Of a stretch of DNA of 52,736 nt, positions 27,109 to 37,505 are shown in pieces. Position 1 is the first letter of the stretch, and every line of letters begins with the position of its first letter. Made by a program: the position numbers and the translations under genes. The DNA lies in contig JBDOIG010000091.1 of the NCBI GenBank assembly GCA_041082235.1, forward strand, positions 1 to 52,736. The letters run 5' to 3'. This stretch comes from Thermodesulfovibrionales bacterium (lineage in GTDB: Bacteria > Nitrospirota > Thermodesulfovibrionia > Thermodesulfovibrionales > CALJEL01). A model generated the notes under the pieces. The model ran no database searches. It had not been told where the DNA came from and saw only the letters and a program-made list of their open reading frames with translations.

Positions 27109-28056
27109 ATGTATAACTCATTTTTTGGATTTAAGGAAAGCCCTTTTCAATTAACACCTGACCCTGATTTTTTTTATCAGGGCAGGACACATAAGCGGGC
27201 TTTGACATATTTAGAGTATGGGCTTATAAGTGGTTCGGGTTTCATAGTGATTTCAGGAGAAATTGGAACTGGCAAGACAACCCTTATAAAGACATTTCTC
27301 AGAAAAATACCAAAGAAGATAAAAATTGCAAGTTTATCTCATACCAAACTTAAATCCCATCAGCTGATTTCTATGATAAATCATGAATTTGGCTTAAGAA
27401 TTGATGGTAAGGACAAACCACTGCTGTTGCACGACCTGACAGATTTTTTGATTACTCAATATGTTGAAGAAAAGAGTGCGCTCCTGATTATAGATGAGGC
27501 ACACAATTTAACCTGTGAACAGCTTGAAGAGGTTAGATTGCTTTCAAATCTGGAAACCGAAAAGGAAAAGCTATTAAAGATTATCCTTGTCGGCCAACCT
27601 GAACTTAGCATTAAGCTTGCAAGCCCTGAGCTCGAGCAATTACGGCAGAGGATAACTGTTTATACTCATCTCAGCCCGTTGTCTAAAGAAGAGATAAAGG
27701 AATATATATTGTATCGTCTTGAAGCTGCTGGGAATAAGAGTGCAGTAACCTTTGAAGATGGAGTTATGGAACAGATTTATGAATATAGTAAAGGGGTGCC
27801 GAGACTCATTAATATCCTCTGTGATTTTGTATTATTAGTGGCTTATACAGAAAAAACTAAAATTATAAGTAAGGATATTGTAAGTGATGTAATCAAGGAT
27901 TTAAATAACAGGCCTGATATCAGGCTTTCGTCAGGGACTATGAGGAGGGTTGACGGAGATTATAAAAAAATTAAGGAAGCCCTCATTAGGTGTGATCTAA
28001 AAATAAGGGATTTAGAATCAATGGTCAGAGATATTTATAAAAAGGTCTATAATTAA
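27109..28056 (+). CDS. ExeA/GspA-like AAA ATPase (XrtA/PEP-CTERM-associated)
   Basis: MYxxFFGFKExPFQLTPDP, GEIGTGKTT, IIDEAH, LVGQPEL and GVPRLIN motifs. Confidence 0.9.
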   Translation: MYNSFFGFKESPFQLTPDPDFFYQGRTHKRALTYLEYGLISGSGFIVISGEIGTGKTTLIKTFLRKIPKKIKIASLSHTKLKSHQLISMINHEFGLRIDGKDKPLLLHDLTDFLITQYVEEKSALLIIDEAHNLTCEQLEEVRLLSNLETEKEKLLKIILVGQPELSIKLASPELEQLRQRITVYTHLSPLSKEEIKEYILYRLEAAGNKSAVTFEDGVMEQIYEYSKGVPRLINILCDFVLLVAYTEKTKIISKDIVSDVIKDLNNRPDIRLSSGTMRRVDGDYKKIKEALIRCDLKIRDLESMVRDIYKKVYN

Positions 28057-28077
28057 AAGATTTATTTTTTCTGTCAA

Positions 28078-28920
28078 ATGATTAACGCACTGACTGTAGA
28101 TGTAGAAGATTATTTTATGGTTTCTGCCTTTTCTGATATTGTTAAATTTGATGAATGGAATAATTACGAAAGCCGGGTTGCAAAGAATGTGTATATAATC
28201 TTGGATACATTTGAAAAATTTTCCACAAAGGCTACCTTTTTTATACTTGGGTGGCTTGCAAGGCAGTATCCCAGACTTGTAAGAGATATTTGTGAGGCCG
28301 GTCATGAAATTGCCTCACACGGTTATAATCATAAAATTTTATATAACCTTTCTCCTGCAGAGTTTCGCCATGACATAAAGGTCTCAAAGGAGATTCTTGA
28401 AGATATAGTGGGTGAAGGAATTTATGGTTACAGGGCGCCAAGTTATTCTATTTCAAAAAGTACATTATGGGCCCTTGATATCCTTGTTGAAGAAGGGTTT
28501 ATTTATGATTCCAGTATTTTCCCCATATTTCATGATATTTATGGTTTTCCCGGAGCCAGAAGAAGTCCTCACATGATACAGACAGGTTCAGGTTCAATTA
28601 TGGAGTTCCCTCCTTCAACAATCAGGATATTGGGTATAAACATCCCTGTTGCCGGTGGAGGATATTTAAGACTGCTACCATTTGAATTTATAAAATATTC
28701 CATTAAAAGATTAAATGAGAAAGAAAAAATTATGGCAGTAATATATTTTCATCCATGGGAGATAGATGTGGACCAGCCAAGATTAAAGGCATGCTTAAAA
28801 TCGCGTTTCAGACATTATATAAATCTTCACAAGACTTTATCAAAAGTTGAGGGACTTTTAAAGAATTTCAAATTCAAACCTCTCAAATCTTTATACTTTA
28901 ATAATGAACAGCAATCTTAA
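28078..28920 (+). CDS. Polysaccharide deacetylase (XrtA-system/DUF3473 type)
   Basis: LTVDVEDYF, HEIASHG, GYRAPSYS, GGGYLR and YFHPWEID motifs. Confidence 0.92.
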   Translation: MINALTVDVEDYFMVSAFSDIVKFDEWNNYESRVAKNVYIILDTFEKFSTKATFFILGWLARQYPRLVRDICEAGHEIASHGYNHKILYNLSPAEFRHDIKVSKEILEDIVGEGIYGYRAPSYSISKSTLWALDILVEEGFIYDSSIFPIFHDIYGFPGARRSPHMIQTGSGSIMEFPPSTIRILGINIPVAGGGYLRLLPFEFIKYSIKRLNEKEKIMAVIYFHPWEIDVDQPRLKACLKSRFRHYINLHKTLSKVEGLLKNFKFKPLKSLYFNNEQQS

Positions 28921-29998
28921 GATAAGAAAGATTAAAACCTTTGATGAATGGGAGTGTATCAGGGATAAATGGAATCAGCTTTTAAAAAAATCTTTCTCTG
29001 ATAATGTATTTCTTACATGGGAATGGCTCTATTCGTGGGCTGAGTGTAACTGGAATTCTAATAGATATTTATATATTCTCTCTGTAGAAGAGGGTGATAA
29101 CTTAGTTGGAATTGCTCCTTTATATATAGAAAAGAGACAAACAGGAATTTTTGGAGTTAGAAAAATATTCTTTTTAGGATATCCTGAATGCGGTGCTGAT
29201 TACCTGGATGTAATTATAAAGCGAGGCTATGAGAAAGAAGTAACCACACTGATTTATGAGTTTCTTAATGATGAGAAGGGGTGGGATATAATGGAATTAC
29301 ATAATATACCATCTAATTCTTTTTTTGTTCTTCATTTTTTTGAAAAAATTAATCAGGATGGTAAATATGCCAGCATCAGGCTCGATGGATTTTGCCCGAT
29401 AATAATTTTGCCGGAAAGGGTAGAGGATTTTTATATGTCTCTTTCTTCTAACAGAAGACAGCAGTTCAGACGGCATTTAAATATTTTAAAACGGGAGGGA
29501 GAAGTTAAACATTTTACGTTTTTGAGTGGAAAGGAGGATTTAAAAGATCAATTGATTTATTTATGTGATTTATATAAGAAGAGCAGGAATATGTCATCAG
29601 CCTTTTCCATGTTTCTTGAAAGGTTGATTTTAAGATCTCAGGAGCAGGGCTCCTCTATTTTTCAGTTAGATTTTCTTGCCTTTAATAATAAATATATAGC
29701 AGGGCTTCTTCATTTTAGATATAATGGAAGTCTTTACATGTATGTAATGGCTGTGGACAAGTCCTTTAAGCCTCAAATCAGTATTGGAAATATTATAGTG
29801 GGGCTGTCTATTGAGAGGGCAATCCTGGATAAGATTAAAATTTATGATTTTTTACGAGGTACTGAAGACTATAAATTTCACTGGTCAAACAAAGTTATAA
29901 CCTTGCTTTCTATCCAGTTATATAAAAAAAATTTCTTACCTCTTTTTTACTCGTCAAGACAATTTTGTAAAGACTTTGCAAAGATAATACTCCGTTAA
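28904..29998 (+). CDS. GNAT protein, CelD/BcsL family
   Basis: FLTWEWLxSW, LVGIAPL, ADYLD and YDFLRGTEDYKFHW motifs. Confidence 0.85.
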   Translation: MNSNLKIRKIKTFDEWECIRDKWNQLLKKSFSDNVFLTWEWLYSWAECNWNSNRYLYILSVEEGDNLVGIAPLYIEKRQTGIFGVRKIFFLGYPECGADYLDVIIKRGYEKEVTTLIYEFLNDEKGWDIMELHNIPSNSFFVLHFFEKINQDGKYASIRLDGFCPIIILPERVEDFYMSLSSNRRQQFRRHLNILKREGEVKHFTFLSGKEDLKDQLIYLCDLYKKSRNMSSAFSMFLERLILRSQEQGSSIFQLDFLAFNNKYIAGLLHFRYNGSLYMYVMAVDKSFKPQISIGNIIVGLSIERAILDKIKIYDFLRGTEDYKFHWSNKVITLLSIQLYKKNFLPLFYSSRQFCKDFAKIILR

Positions 29999-30382
29999 AT
30001 GCATATAAGAATCATTTATTCTATATTAACAATCTTCTATATATTCTTTATATTTTATCTTTCATCTTTACCCGATACTTCCTTTAAATTTGCTGATTCA
30101 AGATTGGAAAAGATTTTCTGGAACATGGGACATATACCTTTATATTTTATTTTGGCTATTTTACTTTTTTTATCTTTGAAGCCTCATAGAAAACCTATTT
30201 TTTATCTATTAGTAGGCTCTATCTCTATAGTAATTGCGGTTTGTGATGAGTTAAATCAATCCACCACTTCTGGCAGAACTTCTTCATTTTTAGATATCTG
30301 TCTTGATTTCTTCGGAATATATATTGCCATTCTGTTTATTAAGTTCTTATATTATGAAAATAGAATTACTACAAAAGTCTGA
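29999..30382 (+). CDS. VanZ-like membrane protein
   Basis: IFYLSS, HIPLY, DELNQ...GRTSS.LD motifs. Confidence 0.85.
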   Translation: MHIRIIYSILTIFYIFFIFYLSSLPDTSFKFADSRLEKIFWNMGHIPLYFILAILLFLSLKPHRKPIFYLLVGSISIVIAVCDELNQSTTSGRTSSFLDICLDFFGIYIAILFIKFLYYENRITTKV

Positions 30383-31385
30383 TTACAATAAATGGGATAC
30401 CTTTGTCATGCAATCAGAATATTCAGTCCTTTACCATCTCACCGTCTGGAAGGATATTATAGAGCAAACCTTTGGACATAGTACTTATTATCTCTATGCA
30501 GTTGAGGGCGAGCGGATAAGGGGTATTCTACCTCTGGTGCATATGAAGAGTTTGCTATTTGGAAATTTCTTTGTTTCGCTACCTTTTTTTAATTATGGCG
30601 GCTTATGCACAGATAAAGATCAAATAGCTCATTCTTTATTAAAGGAGGCAATAAATATCTCAAGAGATAAGAAGGCTGATTATATTGAATTCAGACATGT
30701 TCACAATTTCTTTCCGGAAGAAACAAGATTAAAGACTAAAAAGGTTTCAATGAGATTAACTCTTCCATCAAGTCCTGAAGATTTATGGAAATCCTTTCCC
30801 TCCAAGCTCAGGGCACAGATAAGAAGACCATTGAAAGAGAAGATGTGTCATTCTATTTTAAGTGATGATGGTATTGATTATTTCTATGATGTCTTTTCAG
30901 AGAACATGAGGGATCTTGGCACACCTGTATATCCTAAAAAATTTTTTCAAAATATTTTCAGATATTACAAGCAAGCATGGGTATGTGTTGTTTTCAATGC
31001 ATCGCAGAGACCGGTTGCTTCAGGAATTTTGCTTGGATTTAAAGATACTATGGAGATACCATGGGCATCTTCATTGAGAAAATTTAATAAATATGCTTCA
31101 AATATGTTGCTTTACTGGTCCTGTCTTGAGTTTGCCTGCATGAGGGGATATAAATTTTTCGATTTTGGTCGTTCAACATATGGTAGCTCTACCTTTAAAT
31201 TTAAGGAACAGTGGGGAGCCGAGCCTCATCAACTTTTCTGGCATTACTGGATTAATGATGGTGGGAGGTTGCCAGAATTGAGTCCAGATAATCAAAAATA
31301 CAGGCTGGCGATAAATATCTGGAAAAATTTACCTTTAATAATTACTAACAATCTGGGTCCTAAAATTATAAAATTCATACCGTGA
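30354..31385 (+). CDS. FemAB-related protein (XrtA/PEP-CTERM-associated)
   Basis: GILPLV, SLPFFNYGG, NMRDLGTP, FDFGRS and FKEQWG motifs. Start at ATG 30354. Confidence 0.9.
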   Translation: MKIELLQKSDYNKWDTFVMQSEYSVLYHLTVWKDIIEQTFGHSTYYLYAVEGERIRGILPLVHMKSLLFGNFFVSLPFFNYGGLCTDKDQIAHSLLKEAINISRDKKADYIEFRHVHNFFPEETRLKTKKVSMRLTLPSSPEDLWKSFPSKLRAQIRRPLKEKMCHSILSDDGIDYFYDVFSENMRDLGTPVYPKKFFQNIFRYYKQAWVCVVFNASQRPVASGILLGFKDTMEIPWASSLRKFNKYASNMLLYWSCLEFACMRGYKFFDFGRSTYGSSTFKFKEQWGAEPHQLFWHYWINDGGRLPELSPDNQKYRLAINIWKNLPLIITNNLGPKIIKFIP

Positions 31386-32557
31386 TTAAAAGGGTTTTAC
31401 CACCTGCTGCTGCACCTGTTGAGCTGAGAAGTTTTTTTTATGCAATACAAGGGTTCTTTTGTGAAGATAGTATTCTAAGGAAAAGAGAGGAGGAGCTAAA
31501 AAAATTCTTTGGTATTAATCATATTTTTCTTGTTTCTTCCGGGAAGGCTGCCCTATATTTAATCCTTAAAGCTTTAAAAAAAATTTATAATGAACGCAGC
31601 AATGTAATTATCCCGGCCTATACCTGTTTTTCTGTGCCATCAGCAATTAAGAAATCTGGCCTGAAGATTGTGTTATGTGATATAGAAGAGAAAAGATTTG
31701 ATTTTAATTATGCTCATCTTAGAAGGCTATTAGATCATAACACGCTCTGTGTTATAGGAACTCATCTCTTTGGGATCCCGATTGATATAGAACGACTTAT
31801 AGAAATCTGCCATGAGAAAGGAATCTTTGTTATTGAAGACGCTGCCCAAGCCATGGGAGTTTATTATAAAGGAAGGTTTCTTGGAACCTTCGGAGATATA
31901 GGATTTTTCAGCCTTGGAAGAGGTAAAAATCTCTGCGCAGGTAATGGAGGCATTATCATTACAAATGCTGAACCTATTGCAGGTGAGATTAGTAAGGAAT
32001 ATGTTCTTCTTGATAAAATGAAATTTTATAGTAAGCTGAGTGAATTTTTAAAGATTATGCTGATGGATATTTTTATTAATCCTTTCTTTTACTGGATACC
32101 CCGTTCTATAAAATTTTTAAAGATAGGAGAGACTATTTATTATGAAGACTTTCCTGTTAAGCGCCTCTCCGGAGTACAGGCTGGATTCCTGAGTAGCTGG
32201 CAGGAAAGACTCAGGAAATTAAGCGATATTAGAAGAAAGAATTCAGGTATTATTATTAAAAAAATCGGGATGGATATACCTGAAGATATACCCTATATCA
32301 GGTTACCAATAATATTGAAGGATAAAAAAACAAGGGATTATCTGCATAATATCTCAAAAAGAGAAGGCCTTGGTTTAGAAAAAATGTATCCTTATCCATT
32401 AAATGAGATACAGCAATTAGGAGAGGATTTTAATGAAAAGGAATATCCTGCTTCAAGAAAGATATCAGAGACCCTTATAACCCTTCCTACCCATTCTTTT
32501 CTAAAAGAAAAAGATATAGAAAGAATAACTTACCTGATCCAGACATGTATGAAATAG
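31382..32557 (+). CDS. DegT/DnrJ/EryC1/StrS PLP-dependent aminotransferase
   Basis: SSGKAAL, PAYTC, HLFG, IEDAAQA, FSLGRGK (PLP Lys) and LITLPTH motifs. Confidence 0.88.
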   Translation: MIKRVLPPAAAPVELRSFFYAIQGFFCEDSILRKREEELKKFFGINHIFLVSSGKAALYLILKALKKIYNERSNVIIPAYTCFSVPSAIKKSGLKIVLCDIEEKRFDFNYAHLRRLLDHNTLCVIGTHLFGIPIDIERLIEICHEKGIFVIEDAAQAMGVYYKGRFLGTFGDIGFFSLGRGKNLCAGNGGIIITNAEPIAGEISKEYVLLDKMKFYSKLSEFLKIMLMDIFINPFFYWIPRSIKFLKIGETIYYEDFPVKRLSGVQAGFLSSWQERLRKLSDIRRKNSGIIIKKIGMDIPEDIPYIRLPIILKDKKTRDYLHNISKREGLGLEKMYPYPLNEIQQLGEDFNEKEYPASRKISETLITLPTHSFLKEKDIERITYLIQTCMK

Positions 32558-33669
32558 AATTAATAGATAAGATAGAGGATTTCTTAAAGATAAAAGATGA
32601 ATGGAATTATCTTCTCAAAAAAACAGATACCGACGTGCCATATCTTACCCATGAATGGTTAACTGCCTGGTGGGAATGTTTTGGTGATCAAAACAGGCTG
32701 GCAGTTCTTTTAGTAAGGAATGAGGGAGAATTGTGTGCTGCGGCACCATTGATGTTGACGATGAAGAAGAAGTTTTTTTTAAATCTTATCTGTCTGAGAT
32801 TTATCGGGAATTCTTTATGTTATAGACTTAATTTTTTGATTCCTGATGACCATGAAAAACTTTTGAGCTTAATCTTGGATTATGTAATTCATCGCATTAA
32901 GTGGCATATTGCTGAGTTTTATCATATTCCTCTATATTCAGCAGTATATAAGGCCTTTATGAATTTACTAAGTAAAAAAAATTCTGTATTCTTTAGTGAA
33001 GATATGTCTTTGCTCAGTCCTTATATTCCACTGAATGAGCCCTGGGATTCTTATTTTAAGCACTTGAGTAAATCTTTTGTTAGAACGCTCCAGAAAAAGA
33101 AAAGAAGATTGGATAAAATTGGTTATTCACTATTATCGTGCAGGGGATTAGAGCCATCTCTAATTCAGCCATTTCTGGAGGATGTATTTAAGGTAGCAGA
33201 GAGGTCATGGCAGCATAAAGTTGGTACATCCATAGCATCAAATGAGAGGGAGAAAAGATTCTTTACATTGATTGCTGAGCAATTCAATGAGTATAAAGGA
33301 TTGTATTTATATATCCTCAGGATTGGAGATGATAATGCAGCCTTTGAATATAGCATTAAATATGCAGATGTATTATATACCTTGAAGAAAGGATACGACC
33401 CAAAGTATCAAAAATTTTCACCGGGAGTAATTCTGGATTTTATTCAATATGAGGATTTTTTTAAGACAGGTTGTTGTGAGATAGATATTGGAGGTCATAT
33501 AAATAGAGATAAACTGAGCTGGACATCTCATGTAAGAATGCACAGGGTAGTCTATCTATTCAGGAAGAGATTATTCCTTCTTTATTTCTGGCCCTTTAAG
33601 CTAAAACCCTTTTTACGGCGTTTTAAGATACTGAGGAAATTTAAGTCATTAATTATGAAAGGCAAATGA
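32545..33669 (+). CDS. GNAT protein, CelD/BcsL family
   Basis: YLTHEWLxAWW, AAAPL, GYDPKYxxFSPG and KLSW motifs. Confidence 0.82.
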   Translation: MYEIELIDKIEDFLKIKDEWNYLLKKTDTDVPYLTHEWLTAWWECFGDQNRLAVLLVRNEGELCAAAPLMLTMKKKFFLNLICLRFIGNSLCYRLNFLIPDDHEKLLSLILDYVIHRIKWHIAEFYHIPLYSAVYKAFMNLLSKKNSVFFSEDMSLLSPYIPLNEPWDSYFKHLSKSFVRTLQKKKRRLDKIGYSLLSCRGLEPSLIQPFLEDVFKVAERSWQHKVGTSIASNEREKRFFTLIAEQFNEYKGLYLYILRIGDDNAAFEYSIKYADVLYTLKKGYDPKYQKFSPGVILDFIQYEDFFKTGCCEIDIGGHINRDKLSWTSHVRMHRVVYLFRKRLFLLYFWPFKLKPFLRRFKILRKFKSLIMKGK

Positions 33670-34679
33670 AGTTTTTTATCCTTGACTGGCTTGTCTGTCC
33701 TTTTGATAAGTTTTTCCCATTATCTATTCACATAGAAAAGTTATCACATATAAAAGAACAATCTTATATTAAATGTCAATCTTATTGTTCAAGATATGAT
33801 ACATATAAAATAAACAATATCAGTGAAAGGTATTGCGAGAACTGTGCAAATTTTGAGATTGAATCAGGAGAATTAAGATGTCCAGCTTGCGGAAAAAGAT
33901 ATTCCATAATTGATGGAATTCCTGATATGATTTGCTTTGAAGAACCTGATCCAATCGCTCAAATAAAAATGAAGGAGATAGAGGTACGTGATAGGGAGGC
34001 CCCTGTTGAAAGGCAATTTTATTCAGATTATATGTGGTATGGTGAAATACCACCTGTCCTTAAACTTCTAAAACTTTCTGACGAGGATATACTCCTTGAA
34101 CTTGGTTGCGGTTCTGGCAGGTTTACAGGTATCTATTCAAGAAAGTGTACTGTATTTGCAGTGGATTTTTCTTTTGGGGCATTGAAAGAATGTAAAAAAA
34201 ATTCTGACAGGAAGTCTAATCTCCACCTGATTCGGGCAAATATTGAGTATCTACCTTTTTTAAGCAATAGATTTAATAAGATTGTAAGCACCCAGGTCAT
34301 GTGTTATTTTCCTGAGAAGGCGAGGTTTAAAAGTTATGCTGAGATTCTCAGGGTTCTTCATGATAATGGTTTTTTTGTCATGACTGTATATAATTATAAT
34401 CAGATTAAAAAAAGGGATGGTTTCCCCAAGGAATTTTTCAGTCCTGCTGGTATATATAACTTCTACTTCACCAGGAAAGAGCTTATTACTGAATTAGAGA
34501 GATTTTTTAATATTGATTTTTTAGGAGGTATTTTACATTTTATAGACACTGGGACATCACTTGCCATGAAATTTAAAAATAAAATGAGAATTATTGATTA
34601 TGTGATAGAGAAAACTCCTCTTTCTTCTTTTATTTCATTCCTGCATCTTGTTAAATGCACGAAGAAGGGAATATCATGA
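33666..34679 (+). CDS. Trm112-like domain fused to class I SAM methyltransferase
   Basis: LVCP...CPACGKRYSIIDGIPDM N-terminus; LELGCGSGRF and AVDFS motifs. Confidence 0.8.
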   Translation: MKFFILDWLVCPFDKFFPLSIHIEKLSHIKEQSYIKCQSYCSRYDTYKINNISERYCENCANFEIESGELRCPACGKRYSIIDGIPDMICFEEPDPIAQIKMKEIEVRDREAPVERQFYSDYMWYGEIPPVLKLLKLSDEDILLELGCGSGRFTGIYSRKCTVFAVDFSFGALKECKKNSDRKSNLHLIRANIEYLPFLSNRFNKIVSTQVMCYFPEKARFKSYAEILRVLHDNGFFVMTVYNYNQIKKRDGFPKEFFSPAGIYNFYFTRKELITELERFFNIDFLGGILHFIDTGTSLAMKFKNKMRIIDYVIEKTPLSSFISFLHLVKCTKKGIS

Positions 34680-35857
34680 CAGCTATTGTACTCGGGGATT
34701 TACATATTATTAGATCTCTTGGTATGGAAGGTATACCTGTTATTGCTGTAACTCCTATAGAATATGTCAGATTTTCAAGATATTGTAAAAGACATATAAC
34801 CTGTCCTGACCCTTATTATGCTCCTGAGGCTGTTTTAGATATTTTAATTAATCTGGGTAGAAACCTTAAAGACAAAACGCCTATTTTTTATAACGGAGAC
34901 CACGATGTTTTACTTGTCTCAAGGTATAGAAATGTCCTTTCTGAATACTATCTTTTTAATCTTTCAGATGAAGAGGTTATAGAAGCTTTTCTTAACAAGG
35001 AAAAATTTATTAACCTTGCCCTTTTAAAGGATATACCGGTCCCTGAAACTATAATAGTCAACTCCCTTGAAGACATATACGAGGTAGACCAAAAAATAGG
35101 ATTCCCTTGCATTGCAAAACCTTTTATTCAAAAACAGTGGCTAAGAAGGAAGGAGTTAAAGGATATAATTAAAGGTCCAAGAAAATCGGTTAGGTTTGAG
35201 AAAATTCAGGAATTGCAGGAATTCTATAACAGAGTTAAATCCTTAACAGAAAAATTTATAATACAGAGGTGGATAGAGGGTGATGATTCAGAACTGTTCA
35301 GTTTTCATGTTTATTACAATAAAGATGCTCAACCTGTAGCGTATTATGCAGGCAGAAAAATCAGGACGTATCCGCCAGATAGTGGAATAAGTACCTTTCT
35401 TGAACTTGTAGATGAGCCACGTATTGTAAAACTTGGTTTAAGTATTCTTAATAAATTTAATTTTAAAGGTGTAGCAAAGATTGATTTTAAAAGGGATATT
35501 TTTACAGATAAATTTTATGTCCTTGAGATAAATCCGAGGTTTAATTTATGGAATTATCTTGGTGCCTGTAGTGGAATAAATATACCTGCTATTGCCTATC
35601 ATGATCTTTTTGATAGGTCCTATAACGGGTCACGCTCCATTAGAAAGAAATACAGATGGTTGTGGTTTGATGGTGATCTCTCCGCGATAAGGGAATACAG
35701 AAGGATTGGCCGATGGTCCTACTGGCAATGGATATTATCATTGATAAATTGTAAGAAGGTATATAAAATATTCTCCTGGAAGGATCCATTTCCCTTTCTT
35801 TTTCATTCGTTGAAAGAATTTTCCAGACGCATATTGAAAAGATTATTCTCAAGATGA
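34676..35857 (+). CDS. ATP-grasp carboxylate-amine ligase (D-aspartate-ligase-like)
   Basis: IRSLG, IPVPET, PCIAKP, IIQRWIEG, DFKRD and LEINPR motifs. ATGA-coupled start at 34676. Confidence 0.85.
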   Translation: MTAIVLGDLHIIRSLGMEGIPVIAVTPIEYVRFSRYCKRHITCPDPYYAPEAVLDILINLGRNLKDKTPIFYNGDHDVLLVSRYRNVLSEYYLFNLSDEEVIEAFLNKEKFINLALLKDIPVPETIIVNSLEDIYEVDQKIGFPCIAKPFIQKQWLRRKELKDIIKGPRKSVRFEKIQELQEFYNRVKSLTEKFIIQRWIEGDDSELFSFHVYYNKDAQPVAYYAGRKIRTYPPDSGISTFLELVDEPRIVKLGLSILNKFNFKGVAKIDFKRDIFTDKFYVLEINPRFNLWNYLGACSGINIPAIAYHDLFDRSYNGSRSIRKKYRWLWFDGDLSAIREYRRIGRWSYWQWILSLINCKKVYKIFSWKDPFPFLFHSLKEFSRRILKRLFSR

Positions 35858-36561
35858 GAGTGGCCATAATCTCTGATATCCATGCAAATCTCAAATCATT
35901 TCAAGAATGTATTAAGTATCTTGAAGGCTGCAGTATTGATGAGGTCATTTGTCTTGGTGATGTTGTTGGTTATTATTCTAATCCGAATGAATGTCTGGAG
36001 CTTATTAAAAAATATGGTATTGTGACTGCTATTGGTAATCATGATGCTGCAGCGATCGGATTATCAGAACTCTGTAATCCTTCAAGGCATGCAAAAGAGG
36101 CAATAATATGGACTAAAAAGAATCTATGCAGTGAGGGCAAGGGAATAATCTCCTCCTTTTATCCCCTTATCGTTAGAAAAGAATTTGTGGCATTTCATGG
36201 TTCTTTTTTTAGTATCCATGAATACATTAGGACTCCCCAAGAGGCTCAGGTTAACGTTTTAGAAATAGTGAGTCATTACCAGAATATAAGAATCTGTTTT
36301 TTTGGCCATACCCATAGAAAAGCAGTATATGAATATTCAGGCAAAAAAATTAAGGAGATTGCGGGAAGGATTATTCAACTCAGGGATGATTCAGTATACC
36401 TGATTAACCCTGGAAGCATCGGACAGCCGCGTGATGAAACAGGAGGGTCATTCTTGATTTTTGACTCTTTAAAGAACAGGATTCAATTCATTAGTTTTAA
36501 ATCAGATTATAAAATATTTCTTCAGAAGATATTTAATATCTATAACAGGTTTTTCAGATAA
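35854..36561 (+). CDS. Metallophosphoesterase (calcineurin-like)
   Basis: SDIHAN, LGDVVGY, GNHD, GHTH and NPGSIGQPRD motifs. Confidence 0.92.
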   Translation: MRVAIISDIHANLKSFQECIKYLEGCSIDEVICLGDVVGYYSNPNECLELIKKYGIVTAIGNHDAAAIGLSELCNPSRHAKEAIIWTKKNLCSEGKGIISSFYPLIVRKEFVAFHGSFFSIHEYIRTPQEAQVNVLEIVSHYQNIRICFFGHTHRKAVYEYSGKKIKEIAGRIIQLRDDSVYLINPGSIGQPRDETGGSFLIFDSLKNRIQFISFKSDYKIFLQKIFNIYNRFFR

Positions 36562-37505
36562 TGGTGCATTTTATCATCACTGTAGATACTGAAGAAGATA
36601 ACTGGGGTTATAGGGCTGAAAAATATACATCAACAAATATTGAAAGGCTTTATGACCTTCAATTGATTTTTAATGATTTTAATGTAAAGCCAGTGTATCT
36701 TGTTACGTATCAAGTTGCAATAGATAATAAAGCTGTCGCAATTCTTAAGAGTATTCTTAAAGAAAAGAAATGCAAGATTGGATCGCACTGTCATCCCTGG
36801 AGTACCCCTCCTTATGTTGAAAAAAAAAATAAGATAAATAGCATGCTGTGTAATCTACCCGTAGCACTACAGTTTAAAAAGTTACAAAATCTTCACAGGG
36901 CAATAACTGACAGTTTTGGGATAGAGCCTGTAATATTTAGGGCTGGTAGATATGGCTTTGACCACAGCGTGGCAGAGAATATTTATAGGCTCGGTTATAA
37001 GATAGATACGTCTTTCACACCATTTTTAACATGGAAGGATTATGGTGGACCTGATTTTTCAAATTATACCCCACAGCCGTTTAAATATTTTCTTAATAGC
37101 TCGGAGGATTCTTATCTCATAGAATTGCCTGTTACTATAGGTTTTTTGCAGGACAATTTTGCAAGGTGCAACAAACTTTCATCATATTTAACAGAAAATT
37201 CGTTTTTAAAAAAAATTAAAATAAAAGGGATGTTGTATCACATGAGACTATTAAATCTCGTATGGCTCTCCCCTGAACAGGCAGATTATAAAAAAATGAT
37301 AAGTCTTGTAAAAAAAATGAAGAAGGAAAATTATTCTTTTTTGAACATGACCTTTCATACACCATCTCTTAAACCGGGGCTTTCACCATTTGTGAAAAAT
37401 AAAGAGGATGAAAAGAGATTTTTTAATGATATCAAGCTTTTTTTAAAATATATTCACGATGAAGGTATTAAGAACGTTAACCTTAATGAGATATCTTTAA
37501 CATGA
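36561..37505 (+). CDS. Polysaccharide deacetylase (WalW-like)
   Basis: ITVDTEED, IGSHCHPW and FRAGRYG motifs. Confidence 0.85.
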   Translation: MVHFIITVDTEEDNWGYRAEKYTSTNIERLYDLQLIFNDFNVKPVYLVTYQVAIDNKAVAILKSILKEKKCKIGSHCHPWSTPPYVEKKNKINSMLCNLPVALQFKKLQNLHRAITDSFGIEPVIFRAGRYGFDHSVAENIYRLGYKIDTSFTPFLTWKDYGGPDFSNYTPQPFKYFLNSSEDSYLIELPVTIGFLQDNFARCNKLSSYLTENSFLKKIKIKGMLYHMRLLNLVWLSPEQADYKKMISLVKKMKKENYSFLNMTFHTPSLKPGLSPFVKNKEDEKRFFNDIKLFLKYIHDEGIKNVNLNEISLT

